Of a stretch of DNA of 64,000 bases, positions 22,501 to 33,190 are shown one piece after another. The notes under the pieces are model-generated. The model did no database searches and was not told the origin of the DNA. It saw only the letters and a program-made list of their open reading frames with translations. Both the position numbers and the translations under genes were made by a program. This DNA comes from Mizuhopecten yessoensis (Eukaryota): positions 13,241 to 77,240 of the forward strand of contig NW_018406801.1 in the NCBI RefSeq assembly GCF_002113885.1. Direction: 5' to 3'. Numbering within the stretch: the stretch's first letter is position 1; the number at the start of each line of letters is the position of its first letter.

Positions 22501-25500
22501 CTGTTAATAGGACGTAAAACAAAAGCAAACCAAACCACACCATCCAAAAATTGCTACTTTAAGCAAGAGCCTTTTATCGAACAGTCATATTGTCAATGGA
22601 GTATTGTTCTCAATTTCTTTTAACGATGAAGTGCTTTTTCTGCAAATAGAAAGGTTTAAAATAAATTATATCACAGTTGCTCAAGCTATCTTTTGCACAC
22701 TTTTCAAACCTACATCTAACCTGAATGTAACATGTAAATAAATGAGCCCAGGATATTAGGCCAAACAAAATTAATTACTTGGTTCTCAGGCCAATTTTTT
22801 TCAAAAGAGTTGCGGCAGGGCGGTATTTTTTTTCATTTTACATGGCAAAAACGAGATGAGGGCGATTTTTTTTTATTGTGTAGTTTGTAAAACGTTCATT
22901 GTGGGCATAACCTTGTCTTTTTATAGTTGTGTAGAGACCCGTCATAGAGCAAGCCTCCGAAAAATCCCCCCACGATGTTCCAGACGAGAATCACGAACCC
23001 CCCATTCCTTATTTGTACCGAAATGAGCGCCATTTGTACACAATACTAATAATCATAATCATTTTAACGCTCGCCTGTATATCAATCCTTATCTTTATTC
23101 AAATGTTTTCGGGACTTGGTTGACTAACGAGTGAGTAAAAACGACATGCCGACCAATTTTCCGGATTTTTTGTGATATTCATTGTTAAACTTTCTTTGTC
23201 AGGAGAAGGATCTAGGAGATGAATATGGATGGAAGCAAGTCCATGGGGATGTGTTTAGACCAGCCTCCCACTCCATGTTGTTCTCGGCTCTAATTGGATC
23301 AGGATATCATATCTCCTGTGTGTCCCTCTGCGTCATCATCTTTGCCATCCTGGGTGACCTGTATACTGAGTAAGATAATTCATATGATTGCATTTGCCAG
23401 TTTTTAGCTCACCTGGTCCAAATGACCAAGGAAAGCTTGTGCCATACTGTCACGTCTATCATCTGTTGGTCCACCCATAAACCTTTTCTTTAAATGACTT
23501 TTGAATCGCTGAGCAGATTTTCACAAAAGATTTTGTTGGGGAAACATTTCGAGTTAATGGGTTTTCAAAACTAAAGTGATGGAGAGATATAATAAAAAAA
23601 AATATCAGAATGAGCAATGCAGGTCAATCTGGTCCTGTTGTTAAAATATGAGCATCATTTTAACTGTTCAAATCACTCAATTCAAATTGATGATTTTGAG
23701 GCTGTTTTTAATGTAGCATCAGGGCTCCGGACAACCACTTATCCGCTTGTCCACGACGAGTGGAAATCAGATTTGGCAAGTGGTTTCTGACATCAAAGTT
23801 AAATCCGCTAAGTTTTTTCATCTACGCTGTGTTTAAATTATAGATAAATCCATTTGCTAAAAATTACCATGCTTCAGCATGTATGAAATGCCGATTTGGT
23901 TGCGTTATGACAAGTCCCGAAACAACATCCGGTTTCTGGCCTGGATGAGCGCAGACATCCCGAAATATACATCCGGGGCTCGTCGTCCTAAAAATAGAAC
24001 TTAGAAATTTAACTCAGTTACAAAATGACGAGCAGACAGCTGAAGCTCGCGGATTTAAAAAAAAAATAAAAAAATAATGCAGACAATGATCTTAAAGGAA
24101 GTGATAAAGTCGAAGAAGAAAATGAAGACTGCACAAATTGGACAGACAAAAACAACAACCGAACATGTCCAGATCGAATTTGAAAGCAGTTTAAATACAC
24201 AAACGTGACAGTTTCAGAGTCGGCGACACACAGACAACAAAGTGATCAGACACAAATAAATTGAATGAATCAAAATCAACATTTTATTTAATACTGCTCA
24301 CTATGTTGCCAAATATTTGAGCATGGAAACAAACATTTCACAATAAATGCATTATGGATAAGAAATGGGATATCCTTGAACAGTTTTGGTATCGGAATGT
24401 GTACATACTCTCTTTATATCATTAAAGCATTATATGACTGTTATTTTTTTAAATGTACAGGTTTAAGTATGGAATGCAATTTTTCATTGCAGACGAGGCT
24501 CTTTGTTAAGTACTGCCATATTTGTGTATGCTGCTACATCTCCAGTCAATGGATACTTTGGAGGGAGTCTATATGCCAGGATGGGAGGTAAGCAAGAATT
24601 ACCTACCTTTAACCATGCTTGAGTGGGGAAAAATAACATGTCAGCAATGGTGTACAAGCTTTTATGAATCCTTCTTACTAATGTTTAGGGTAAAGGCTAC
24701 TACCGCATCAGTTACATAGCGAAGAAGTTGTCCACTAAAGATGTGGTTTTGACTTTTAGAATTTTCCCATTTTTGCAAAATGAAGCAACAATAAGTGTTT
24801 AGGGTAAAGGGTACAAATAAATGGTTCAAGGTCTTCCAAGACATATTTTACATGATGATACCCATTAACCTGAACCTATAAACAATCCACAAACAAGAAG
24901 TTCAATGTTGATGACCTAGGTGATTTTGTATTTTTAAACTGTAGCCGACACTATTGTGATATTTACTCAAAATGAATAATATTAATTCAAATATATTTAA
25001 ATTTAGTGATCTCCAGATATATATATATGAGATATTTTATGTAAAAAAAGTGTATTTTGTTATTGAAAAATCATAAAACTTACAGTTGTAATATTATCTA
25101 TTCGAACAATCACACTTGTCATATATCATCAGCCCTTTGAAATAATCTATGTATGTGTTCAATAAATACTAAGCTACATTGCAGATTATATCATGGATAG
25201 ATTTGTTAAAATATAATCTACCTTATTTATGTGATTGTGAAACTTTCAGGTATTTAATAATATTCAAATATTTATGGTCAGGTAAAAAAAAAACGTACAA
25301 ATTTGGGATAATATTGTAACTGAAAATGAAATGAGTCGGAGAGAACTTGTTTCTTTAAAGAAATGCTGACAAGTAAATAATAGAAGTTGAAAAATTGTTT
25401 TGGTTACAGGTAAAATATGGATCAAGCAGATGTTAGCAAGTGCATTCATGATGCCATCTCTTGTGTGTGGAACAGCTTTCTTCATCAACTTTATTGCAAT

Positions 25501-28500
25501 CTACTACCATGCATCAAGAGCCATTCCATTTGGTACCATGGTAAGGGACTAATTAGTGGTCCATATATATAGGTTAAATTGTAGTTACACTTGCATGTAC
25601 ATGTGCTATCTTCAGATTTTAAAATTTTGTACTTGGAAATTGCCAACAGAATAGACCTAGGGCAGATGTGTTATGGACCAGATGACCACAGTCATTAGGG
25701 GTAATTGTTATGGAATTCTAAAACTTGTCTGTAACAATAAATAAACAATAAATAAAATTACTCCTAATGGTATAAGCTAGGGTTAAGTACTTGGTCACTT
25801 ACATGATATCAACTTCAAATTAAAATTAAAATATATATTTTACCAATGTTTGTTACGCTAGAAAAAAGGAAGTTCATTTGAAATAGAAATAAATGAAGTA
25901 CATAACACTTTCACACCAGTCACATATACAGTTTTGTTGTTTCTTAGGTGGCTGTGACTTGCATCTGCATCTTTGTGATACTGCCATTGACCCTGGTGGG
26001 AACAGTGTTGGGGAGGAATCTAGCAGGCCAGCCCAACTATCCCTGTCGCATCAACGCTGTCCCACGTCCCATACCGGAGAAGAAGTGGTATGTAAATGAG
26101 CCTTCTTGGTCGATGAATATCTTGTAACATCAAAATCCTGCAAAGGATTCAGTTGACCAGAGCCAAAGAAAAAAAAAAGAGTTTCCTATTAGAAGGTACA
26201 TTCATTGTGTAAATGGGAGAAAATGAAAGGCATGAAAAAGCTTGGGAGTGCCTCATAATCTGGTATTTGGCCATTTTGTGATTAACACATCAACATCATT
26301 TGTCCATAACAGTATGGAAATATTTAGAATGAAAATAGTGGTAAACATGATGTCTTTTAATCACAGGATCCTGAGTATATGACGTTATCATGGGGTTGAA
26401 CAAGATACATATTGTTCTTCCCTTGCAGTTTCTCTTGTTTCTGTCTTTTATACTAAATGGAGTTTTATGTTTTAGGTTTATGGAACCTGCTGTGATAACC
26501 GTGCTTGGAGGAATCCTGCCATTTGGCTCTATATTTATTGAGATGTAAGTTTTGAATTTCACCTGCCTTGAGGAATACTAGTCCAGAACATCTGCATGAA
26601 TTTTGACAAAATTTGGCTTGGAGCACCCCTGGATAAAAAGTGTTTTCAACATTAAAGGAATAAAGTGTGTGATACCTCACACCCTAGGGCAGATACTCCT
26701 ACAGTATGGTACGAAGGATCCCTGGACATAGGGGCTGAATTTCAATGTGTTTCTTGTACTTAGATGTACTCCGTCTACAATGTTGCTCTTGTCCAGATGC
26801 AATGAAACCTGCTAGGACTGAAAAGTGATACTGGGTTAATTCTGGAATTAATCTAAAAGGCCAAACTGATTCTGTCCGCCAAGTAGCTTTTAAAGACTAT
26901 TTAGTACTGTTGATGGGAATTTTTACCACATTTGTTATAAAGGATTCTTAGGCCAAAGCAGACTCATTGTTGTATAGAGATATGTGCTCCCCTTGTGACA
27001 GAGGGGCAGGGTCAAAAGGGAGTGAACTAGGGGGAACAAAGGGTATCCGTCTTATTGTGGAAATATAACTAAAAATATACAGGGTTTAAGGCCAAAAATA
27101 GAAGTAAGGGTAAAGATTTAAAAATACATATTTACTGAGATTTTGCTTGTTCTCAACTTGAATTCATTTCTCTGGAATTAAATATTGTTCATGATACAAA
27201 GACCAGGTAAGCTTTTCAGTCCCTAGACTAGACTAATGAAGACTTCAGCATAAACTTCAATCCTATCAACATAAGTTTTCAGTGTAAGAGTTTTATTGTA
27301 ATGTTCTAGTCTAGATATTTGCTGATGTTTTATTTTGGTGTTTGACTGTTACTCATTTGGTAATTAAAACAATTTTATATTTTTCAGGTACTTCATCTTC
27401 ACCTCTTTCTGGGCCTACAAAATATACTACGTCTATGGTTTCATGTTGTTGGTGTTTCTAATTCTGACTGTTGTGACAGTGTGTGTGACTATTGTTTGTA
27501 CTTACTTTTTACTGAATGCAGAGGACTACCGCTGGTAAGTACTGCATTTGATGTGAACTTGACAAATAAAACCCCACCAATATAATGTTAACGTCTATAT
27601 TACTGAAGATATAACATCAAAGATGCATGGAGGCATTTTGTAACATTATTGAATGGTTGTTTTAGAAAACAGTTTATTTAGTAAAAATATTTTTAAATAC
27701 TATAACGCAGAAAAGCATTCCCTATTTTGTTGAAATGATATTGTTGCTAATCTTTTAAAAGAACTATTGATCTGTTATTCTAGGCAGTGGACAAGTTTCC
27801 TTGCTGCAGCGTCAACATCGGGATATGTGTATCTCTACTCCTTTTATTACTTTTTCTTTAAAACTAAGTAAGTATGTCTCTTTGCCTTAAATATGTGTTT
27901 TAGTATTTTCCTTTAAAAATTAACTCCAAACAGCTCATGATTTTTGAATAGTTAAATGAAGGTTATAGCTCCCCTTCCAGCAGAGGGATGGCACAAAAAA
28001 GGGAGAGATGTCTCAGTTTTTAGTGGACTATTCCTCGACTCTCACCACAAATTGTTCTACTCTCAAGGCGTGTTTGAAACCCAAAATGGCTGTCTTGACC
28101 TGTGATTGGCGGAGACATTTCCGACTTCTCTATTTCCTTTAATGGTATCAACCTTATTGAGCATTATATGAATGCTCTCGTGGTTCTGAACAGATGCTGT
28201 TAATTTTCAGGTTGATATACAAAATTCAAAATTGTCGCAATGTTTTGATTGCTGAGACACTCTTTACTTATTCTGAATTCCAGTAGATTCATTTTAACTC
28301 CATGTCTACAGCTGACAGATTATTTGCTGGAATTCATTTTAGATTTTTTTGTTTTTCATGTTTGACTGTTTCAACTTCAATTTCACATGTGTTTTCATTT
28401 TAATTACAGAATGTATGGCTTGTTTCAAACAGCGTTTTACTTTGGATATATGGCCCTGTTTAGTTTAGCTCTTGGAGTGATGTGTGGTAAGTAGCTATTT

Positions 28501-28824
28501 ATTATTAGTAATGCAGAATGCTTTACATTAATTTGATGGAATCTAATAAATATCAAATTTTCTGTTGAATTTTATGGTGGTACCCTGAAAAATAAGATGC
28601 CTTTGATGGGAAGAAGATATCTTTAAAGTGGATTTTGATAAACAACTATTGGCTAGATATTCAGCCTTATTGATTTATGTCCTTCTAGACTTTCCCCCTA
28701 CGTCACTAATGACAGCGAATGGATATAACCACTATATATTTTTAAACCTATTTCAGGTACATTTGGATACATTGGAACCAGCTTCTTTGTGAGGAAAATC
28801 TACTCGACTGTGAAAATAGACTAA
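10460..28824 (+). CDS. TM9SF3: Transmembrane 9 superfamily member 3 (nonaspanin/EMP70 family); spliced gene, exon 2 missing from the assembly
   Basis: Manually spliced GT-AG exons: 10460-10549, [missing exon 2], 14303-14425, 15518-15678, 21353-21430, 22130-22261, 23203-23369, 24493-24587, 25410-25540, 25948-26087, 26476-26544, 27388-27534, 27784-27867, 28410-28486, 28757-28824. Translation gives a signal peptide plus [99 protein letters not shown] and C-terminal [10 protein letters not shown]. These blocks closely match TM9SF3 as I recall it. All phases from exon 3 onward are compatible. Confidence 0.97.
11182..11566 (+). mobile_element. Miniature non-autonomous LTR retroelement with tRNA-like LTRs (Ajax/Cassandra-type architecture)
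   Basis: LTR1 11182-11304 (TGTAAT...GTTATA) and LTR2 about 11443-11566 (GTAAT...GTTACA), both containing CCAGGTAGCTC-A/G-ATTGGT-GAGC. PBS-like TGGTGCC at 11309; purine tract GGAGGGAG just before LTR2; flanks GTACA/GTTCA (5-bp TSD, 1 mismatch). Confidence 0.72.
12606..14097. mobile_element. Non-autonomous DNA transposon with about 90-bp imperfect TIRs (host of the piggyBac relic)
   Basis: 12606-12696 (aaaccactaacttgtgtatattacgcaaacttgcctattatacgcc...) is the reverse complement of 14006-14097. The left end abuts the N at 12605, so no TSD can be read. Confidence 0.75.
12707..13763 (+). mobile_element. piggyBac-type internally deleted element
   Basis: TTAA TSD on both sides; perfect 15-bp TIR CCCTTAGGCTGCTAC/GTAGCAGCCTAAGGG; relic [21 protein letters not shown] (about 13219-13298) resembles the start of the piggyBac transposase core. 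Confidence 0.88.
14303..14425 (+). CDS. TM9SF3: TM9SF3 exon 3
   Basis: tttcag|GT GAC ATG..., [42 protein letters not shown]|GTAAA. Confidence 0.95.
15518..15678 (+). CDS. TM9SF3: TM9SF3 exon 4
   Basis: ttacag| [53 protein letters not shown] |gtaaat. Confidence 0.95.
15767..21256. repeat. Tandem macro-repeat of about 1.3 kb (4.2 copies) filling TM9SF3 intron 4
   Basis: Units start CTGATCTTGAAATT at 15767, 16996, 18314, 19632 and 20960 (periods 1229, 1318, 1318, 1328). Confidence 0.97.
21353..21430 (+). CDS. TM9SF3: TM9SF3 exon 5
   Basis: ttttag| [26 protein letters not shown] |gtaagt. Confidence 0.95.
22130..22261 (+). CDS. TM9SF3: TM9SF3 exon 6
   Basis: tatag| [44 protein letters not shown] |gtatgt. 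Confidence 0.96.
22314..22541 (+). mobile_element. tRNA-derived SINE with V-domain-like core
   Basis: A box TGGCCAAGTGG, B box GGAGTTCGAGGCC, core GTTTTTTCTCCAGGAACTCTTGACTTTCCTTCACCAC (V-SINE-like), tail GGACGTAAAACAAAAGCAAACCAAACC, TSD ATCCAAAAA (22304-22312 and 22542-22550). Confidence 0.85.
23203..23369 (+). CDS. TM9SF3: TM9SF3 exon 7
   Basis: tgtcag| [34 protein letters not shown]...GDLYTE |gtaaga. Confidence 0.96.
23401..23642 (+). mobile_element. Degenerate HINE (Helentron-associated/pearl-like non-autonomous element)
   Basis: Starts TTTTTAGCTCACCTGGTCC..GACC (sub-TIR plus IR), followed by a degenerate GTCY microsatellite; ends ...TGAGCAATGCAGGTC..GGTCCTGTTGTT; same family as 43003-43617. 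Confidence 0.6.
24493..24587 (+). CDS. TM9SF3: TM9SF3 exon 8
   Basis: ttgcag| [31 protein letters not shown] |gtaagc. Confidence 0.95.
25410..25540 (+). CDS. TM9SF3: TM9SF3 exon 9
   Basis: ttacag| [44 protein letters not shown] |gtaagg. Confidence 0.95.
25948..26087 (+). CDS. TM9SF3: TM9SF3 exon 10
   Basis: tcttag| [47 protein letters not shown] |gtatgt. Confidence 0.95.
26476..26544 (+). CDS. TM9SF3: TM9SF3 exon 11
   Basis: ttttag| [23 protein letters not shown] |gtaagt. Confidence 0.95.
27388..27534 (+). CDS. TM9SF3: TM9SF3 exon 12
   Basis: tttcag| [49 protein letters not shown] |gtaagt. Confidence 0.96.
27784..27867 (+). CDS. TM9SF3: TM9SF3 exon 13
   Basis: ttctag| [28 protein letters not shown] |gtaagt. 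Confidence 0.95.
28410..28486 (+). CDS. TM9SF3: TM9SF3 exon 14
   Basis: ttacag| [26 protein letters not shown] |gtaagt. Confidence 0.95.
28757..28824 (+). CDS. TM9SF3: TM9SF3 exon 15 (terminal; KxD Golgi-retention-type tail)
   Basis: tttcag| [25 protein letters not shown]. Confidence 0.95.
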
Positions 28825-29759
28825 TGTCAGATGATATCTGGCTGAAGTTAGGAATCTGGCCACTAGACCTCTTAAACAGCTGATGTGATAGGGTGTATGA
28901 CTGACAAGTATGCATGACTGAGATGGCTGTGAATAATGATGAGGATCTGACCAACTGCTGAAGCATTGTTGCGTTGCAGAATACACAAGTTGAAAAATTA
29001 ACCCGTTACAAATCTGAGTTTTGACTGAACAGTGATATATGTGCAGATGCCAGTGATTTGATTGAGTAAATCCATGGGTGGTATTCGTATGATTGTTCTT
29101 TGTTATGAATTACATAAGCATATGTATCTGCCACATTGAGCAGTTCTTTTGGAACGGTTACTTGTTGTGAATGTTTTAAAGATGGAATGAAATGCATTTA
29201 TTAATACCTGGTTTAGGAGGACAATGTTTAGAAAATGTGTTCTTTAAAGTTTATTATTAAAAGATATATTAAGACAAAAGAAAATCAGCATGTGCCACAA
29301 AAAAAAGAAATTTGAGTCAAAAATTCATTTTATTTTATTTTTACTACAGTTAGAGAAGGAAGTCTGTATTAACCTAGTCCTTCTTAAAAAATGTCATTAA
29401 ATACTGTAGGAAGCACCAATTTATTTGGCACTGATATGACCAAAAGGTTAAAAGATGACCAAACGTTAAAAATTGCAAAGAATCGGTTTGAAAGCTGATG
29501 CATTTACAAAGTTGTGATGGTAGTGAAAAATATATGGAAGTCGGCTTTATAAGTGTTTTATTCATGTCTATATTATCTTACGAAGAGATTTGTGTTTAAC
29601 TTGTTACTAAGTTAATGGTGAGACCATATGACCAGTAGCAAAATATTAAACATATTTATATCTTCATATAGCAAAATGCCTAGTTTGCTGTATAGTAGGG
29701 TTTTAGTTGTATGTTGGTTTTAATTAGAACCAGCCTTATTTAGTCACTAACATCGTAGA

Positions 29760-30470
29760 GAATTTCGTCTTATGTTAACGGAGTGATAGTCACTAACATC
29801 GTAGAGAATTTCGTCTATGTTAACGGAGTGAATTTCGTCTATGTTAACGGAGTGAATTTCGTCTATGTTAACGGAGTGAATTTCGTCTATGTTAACGGAG
29901 TGAATTTCATCTATGTTAACGGTGAGAATTTCGTCTATGTTAACGGAGTGAATTTCATCTATGTTAACGGAGTGAATTTCATCTATGTTAACGGCGTGAA
30001 TCGTCTATGTTAACGGAGTGAATTTCGTCTATGTTAACGGAGTGAATTTCGTCTTATGTTAACGGAGTGAATCGTCTATGTTAACGGTGTGAATCGTCTA
30101 TGTTAACGGAGTGAATTTCGTCTATGTTAACGGAGTGAATCGTCTATGTTAACGGAGTGAATTTCGTCTATGTTAACGGAGTGAATTTCATCTATGTTAA
30201 CGGTGAGAATTTCGTCTATGTTAACGGAGTGAATTTCATCTATGTTAACGGAGTGAATTTCATCTATGTTAACGGCGTGAATCGTCTATGTTAACGGAGT
30301 GAATTTCGTCTATGTTAACGGAGTGAATTTCGTCTTATGTTAACGGAGTGAATCGTCTATGTTAACGGAGTGAATTTCGTCTATGTTAACGGAGTGAATT
30401 TCATCTATGTTAACGGTGAGAATTTCGTCTATGTTAACGGAGTGAATTTCATCTATGTTAACGGTGTGAT
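29760..30470. repeat. 24-bp minisatellite downstream of the TM9SF3 stop
   Basis: GAATTTCGTCTATGTTAACGGAGT, about 29 copies. Confidence 0.96.
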
Positions 30471-31490
30471 CATGGGTGAGTGAATGTCTGTTTATTCTGT
30501 ATTGGAGTGCTGGAAGCTTGTTGGATGATACTGTATTGGAGTGCTGGAAGCTTGTTGGATGATACTGTTGTTGTCAAATGTTAAATTATTTCTTCAAAGT
30601 TTATGTCTTATATGTATGAGCTTGCGATCGTTGCATGATTGAGTGAATGTAGATATTCCATAGATATGAATGATGTACCAGTAACTAAAACATTTCCAGC
30701 GTGTTCTGTGTTGTATAGGGGAATATTTGTGATACAGTATAGAAGACATAGCTTTATAAAAGTTCTATAGAGTGCTGTACATATTGCAAGATGCTTCTGT
30801 TTGCAAGCACAGAGGATGCCATTTTATATGACATTTTATTCACTTGTTCATTACTGGAGCTACAAGTTCAGTAACGACACTAAATGTACTGACAGACGTA
30901 CACAGGTATGGTTGTCTACAACTTCCCTTGATGTGTGTGCTGTAATGGGAGTAGTGAATTAAACAGTAGATGGCTCTTCACATTAGGGCTACTTGACATT
31001 GGGTTTGTACAATATATGGGGTCATTTCTTCATATTCGATCATGATTTTATCACTTATGTGTCATTAATTTCATGTTTCATGTCGTTTCCGGTTTCAATT
31101 CTATTTGGTGGTAAAATCGATTTGTATATATGTAAGATAAAAACCATGAATGTGAAGTAAAAACCATGAAAGGAAGACAATCTTATTTTGTTGTATTTGT
31201 ATCCGAAGTAGCCTTGGTATCGGGCAATATTCAAATACCCGGGTTTTTTGTTTGCAAACTGTTAGTTTCTCAGAAAGAAAGGATTAAAGAATATATTTTT
31301 CGGGGTTTTGCCATTTCCATCTCGGTTGAAAAAAGTATCTCTATTTCTCAAATATTTGGCAATCTTATTTTCTACTTGGTCCTAGTTGTGGTTGTTTATT
31401 TTTGAGCTTGATCGAAAGGTGAACGTAATAGTCGAGGAGGAAGGTGGGTTCCCCTTGCACCCCAAGGATATATTTTTTTAACCTACATTT

Positions 31491-33015
31491 TTAGGTCACC
31501 TGAGTCTCGAGTGACCTATACATATATTGCGATCGCCTTTTGTCTGGCGTCGTCTGTCATGCGTCCGTAAACCCCTGAACCAATTTCAATAAAATTTTGC
31601 AGAAACCTTCCATGGCCAAAGGTCAACAAAACTAGTGGCCGGTTTGGTCCCCAGCCGCCAGGGGCCTGAGGGGCGGGGGCCAAAAAGGGTCAAATTGACT
31701 GAAATTTCAAAAATCTTCTTCTCAAGACCCAGATATGGTAAAATCAAATACTCTTCATGATGGAAGGGTCTTGAGGTGCTTTACAAAATTGTGAATTTCA
31801 TGACCCTGGGGTCTCACATTTCCCCCTGGGAAGGGGGTAAACTTTACTATAGTTTATATAGGGAAATCACATTTTGGACCAACATTTGTTTAGTTTCCAT
31901 TGGAAGTAATTCAATTTAGGTTAGCATTATCAGTATTAGGAAGCAGTTTGATAGTATGCACATATGAGCCCTGACTGATCTCCAGGGGCTGATGGGTGGG
32001 GCCAAAAAGGGTTGAATTTAATGAAATTTCAAAAATCTTCTTCTCAAGACCCAAATATGGTAGAATCAAATACTCTTCATAGATAGAAGGGTCTGAAGGT
32101 GCTTTAACAAAATTGTGAATTTCATGACCCTTGGGTCTCACGTTTCCCCCTGGGGAGGGGGTAAACTTTACGATAGTTTATATGGGAAATCACATTTTGG
32201 ACTAACATTTGTTTAATTGCCATTGGAGGTAATTCATTTTAGGTTAGCAATATCAGTATTGGGTAGCAGTTTGATGGTATGCACATATGAGCCCTGACTG
32301 ACACCCCGCGGCTGATGGGTGGGGCCAAAAAGGGTCGAATTGACTGAAATTCAAAAATCTTCTTCTCAAGACCCAGATATGGTAGAATCAAACACTCTTC
32401 ATATTTGGAAGGGTCTTAAGGTGCTCTACCAAAATTGTGAATTTTATGACTCTGGGGTTTCACGTTTCCCCCTGGGGAGGGGGTAAACTTTACTATAGTT
32501 TATATAGGGAAATCACATTTTGGACCAACATTTGTTTAATTNNNNNNNNNNNNNNNNNNNNNNNNNNNNNNNNNNNNNNNNNNNNNNNNNNNNNNNNNNN
32601 NNNNNNNNNNNNNNNNNNNNNNNNNNNNNNNNNNNNNNNNNNNNNNNNNNNNNNNNNNNNNNNNNNNNNNNNNCAAATGATACTTTCAATATCACATGTT
32701 AATAACTTGATTGAAATTATAACCCTGAGTTGACAGTTTGATACTTTGAAAATTTTGAGCCAGCCCTACCCCCAAGGGCTGTAGGGTTGGGCCCAAAGGA
32801 GTCAGTGTGCTAAAATTTCTTCATTTTCCTTGTTTAGAATCAGAGGTTCTAGTTTCAAATACTTTTTTAGTCTTAAATCTGTATACTAGATATTGAATAA
32901 GTTTTTTTTTTATTGTTTTTTGTCACTTTGAATAGTATTTCTGTTCGTGTTAAAACAAAATCAACTCTCTGTGTAAATATATCAGGTGACCGTTAAGGCC
33001 CATGGACCTCTTGTT
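31491..33015 (+). mobile_element. HINE with internal tandem repeats of about 322 bp, inserted into the Academ left TIR
   Basis: TT-AGGTCACCTGAG..GAGTGACCT start, GTCY microsatellite (31545-31568), repeat units at about 31677, 31999 and 32322, N-gap 32542-32673, end TCAGGTGACC + hairpin AGGCCCATGGACCT + CTTGTT; inserted in a T run. Confidence 0.8.
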
Positions 33016-33190
33016 GTAATCCTCAGGTTATCTAGTAAATGAAATGGTTTGTTCCCAATGCGAAATATTGTCCCATTGGCAGCCATCTTGGATTTCTTTC
33101 GAATTAATAATTGGCATAACTTTTGAACCAGACATGATACAGAGGCAACTCACCACTTATTTTTGTGTAATTTGAGCATAACAAAACGAA

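Noticed and set aside
23720-23800. hAT-like terminus CAGGGCTCC
   Set aside because: No matching opposite end or TSD found.
32437-32733. ORFs spanning the N run
   Set aside because: Artefacts of the assembly gap.
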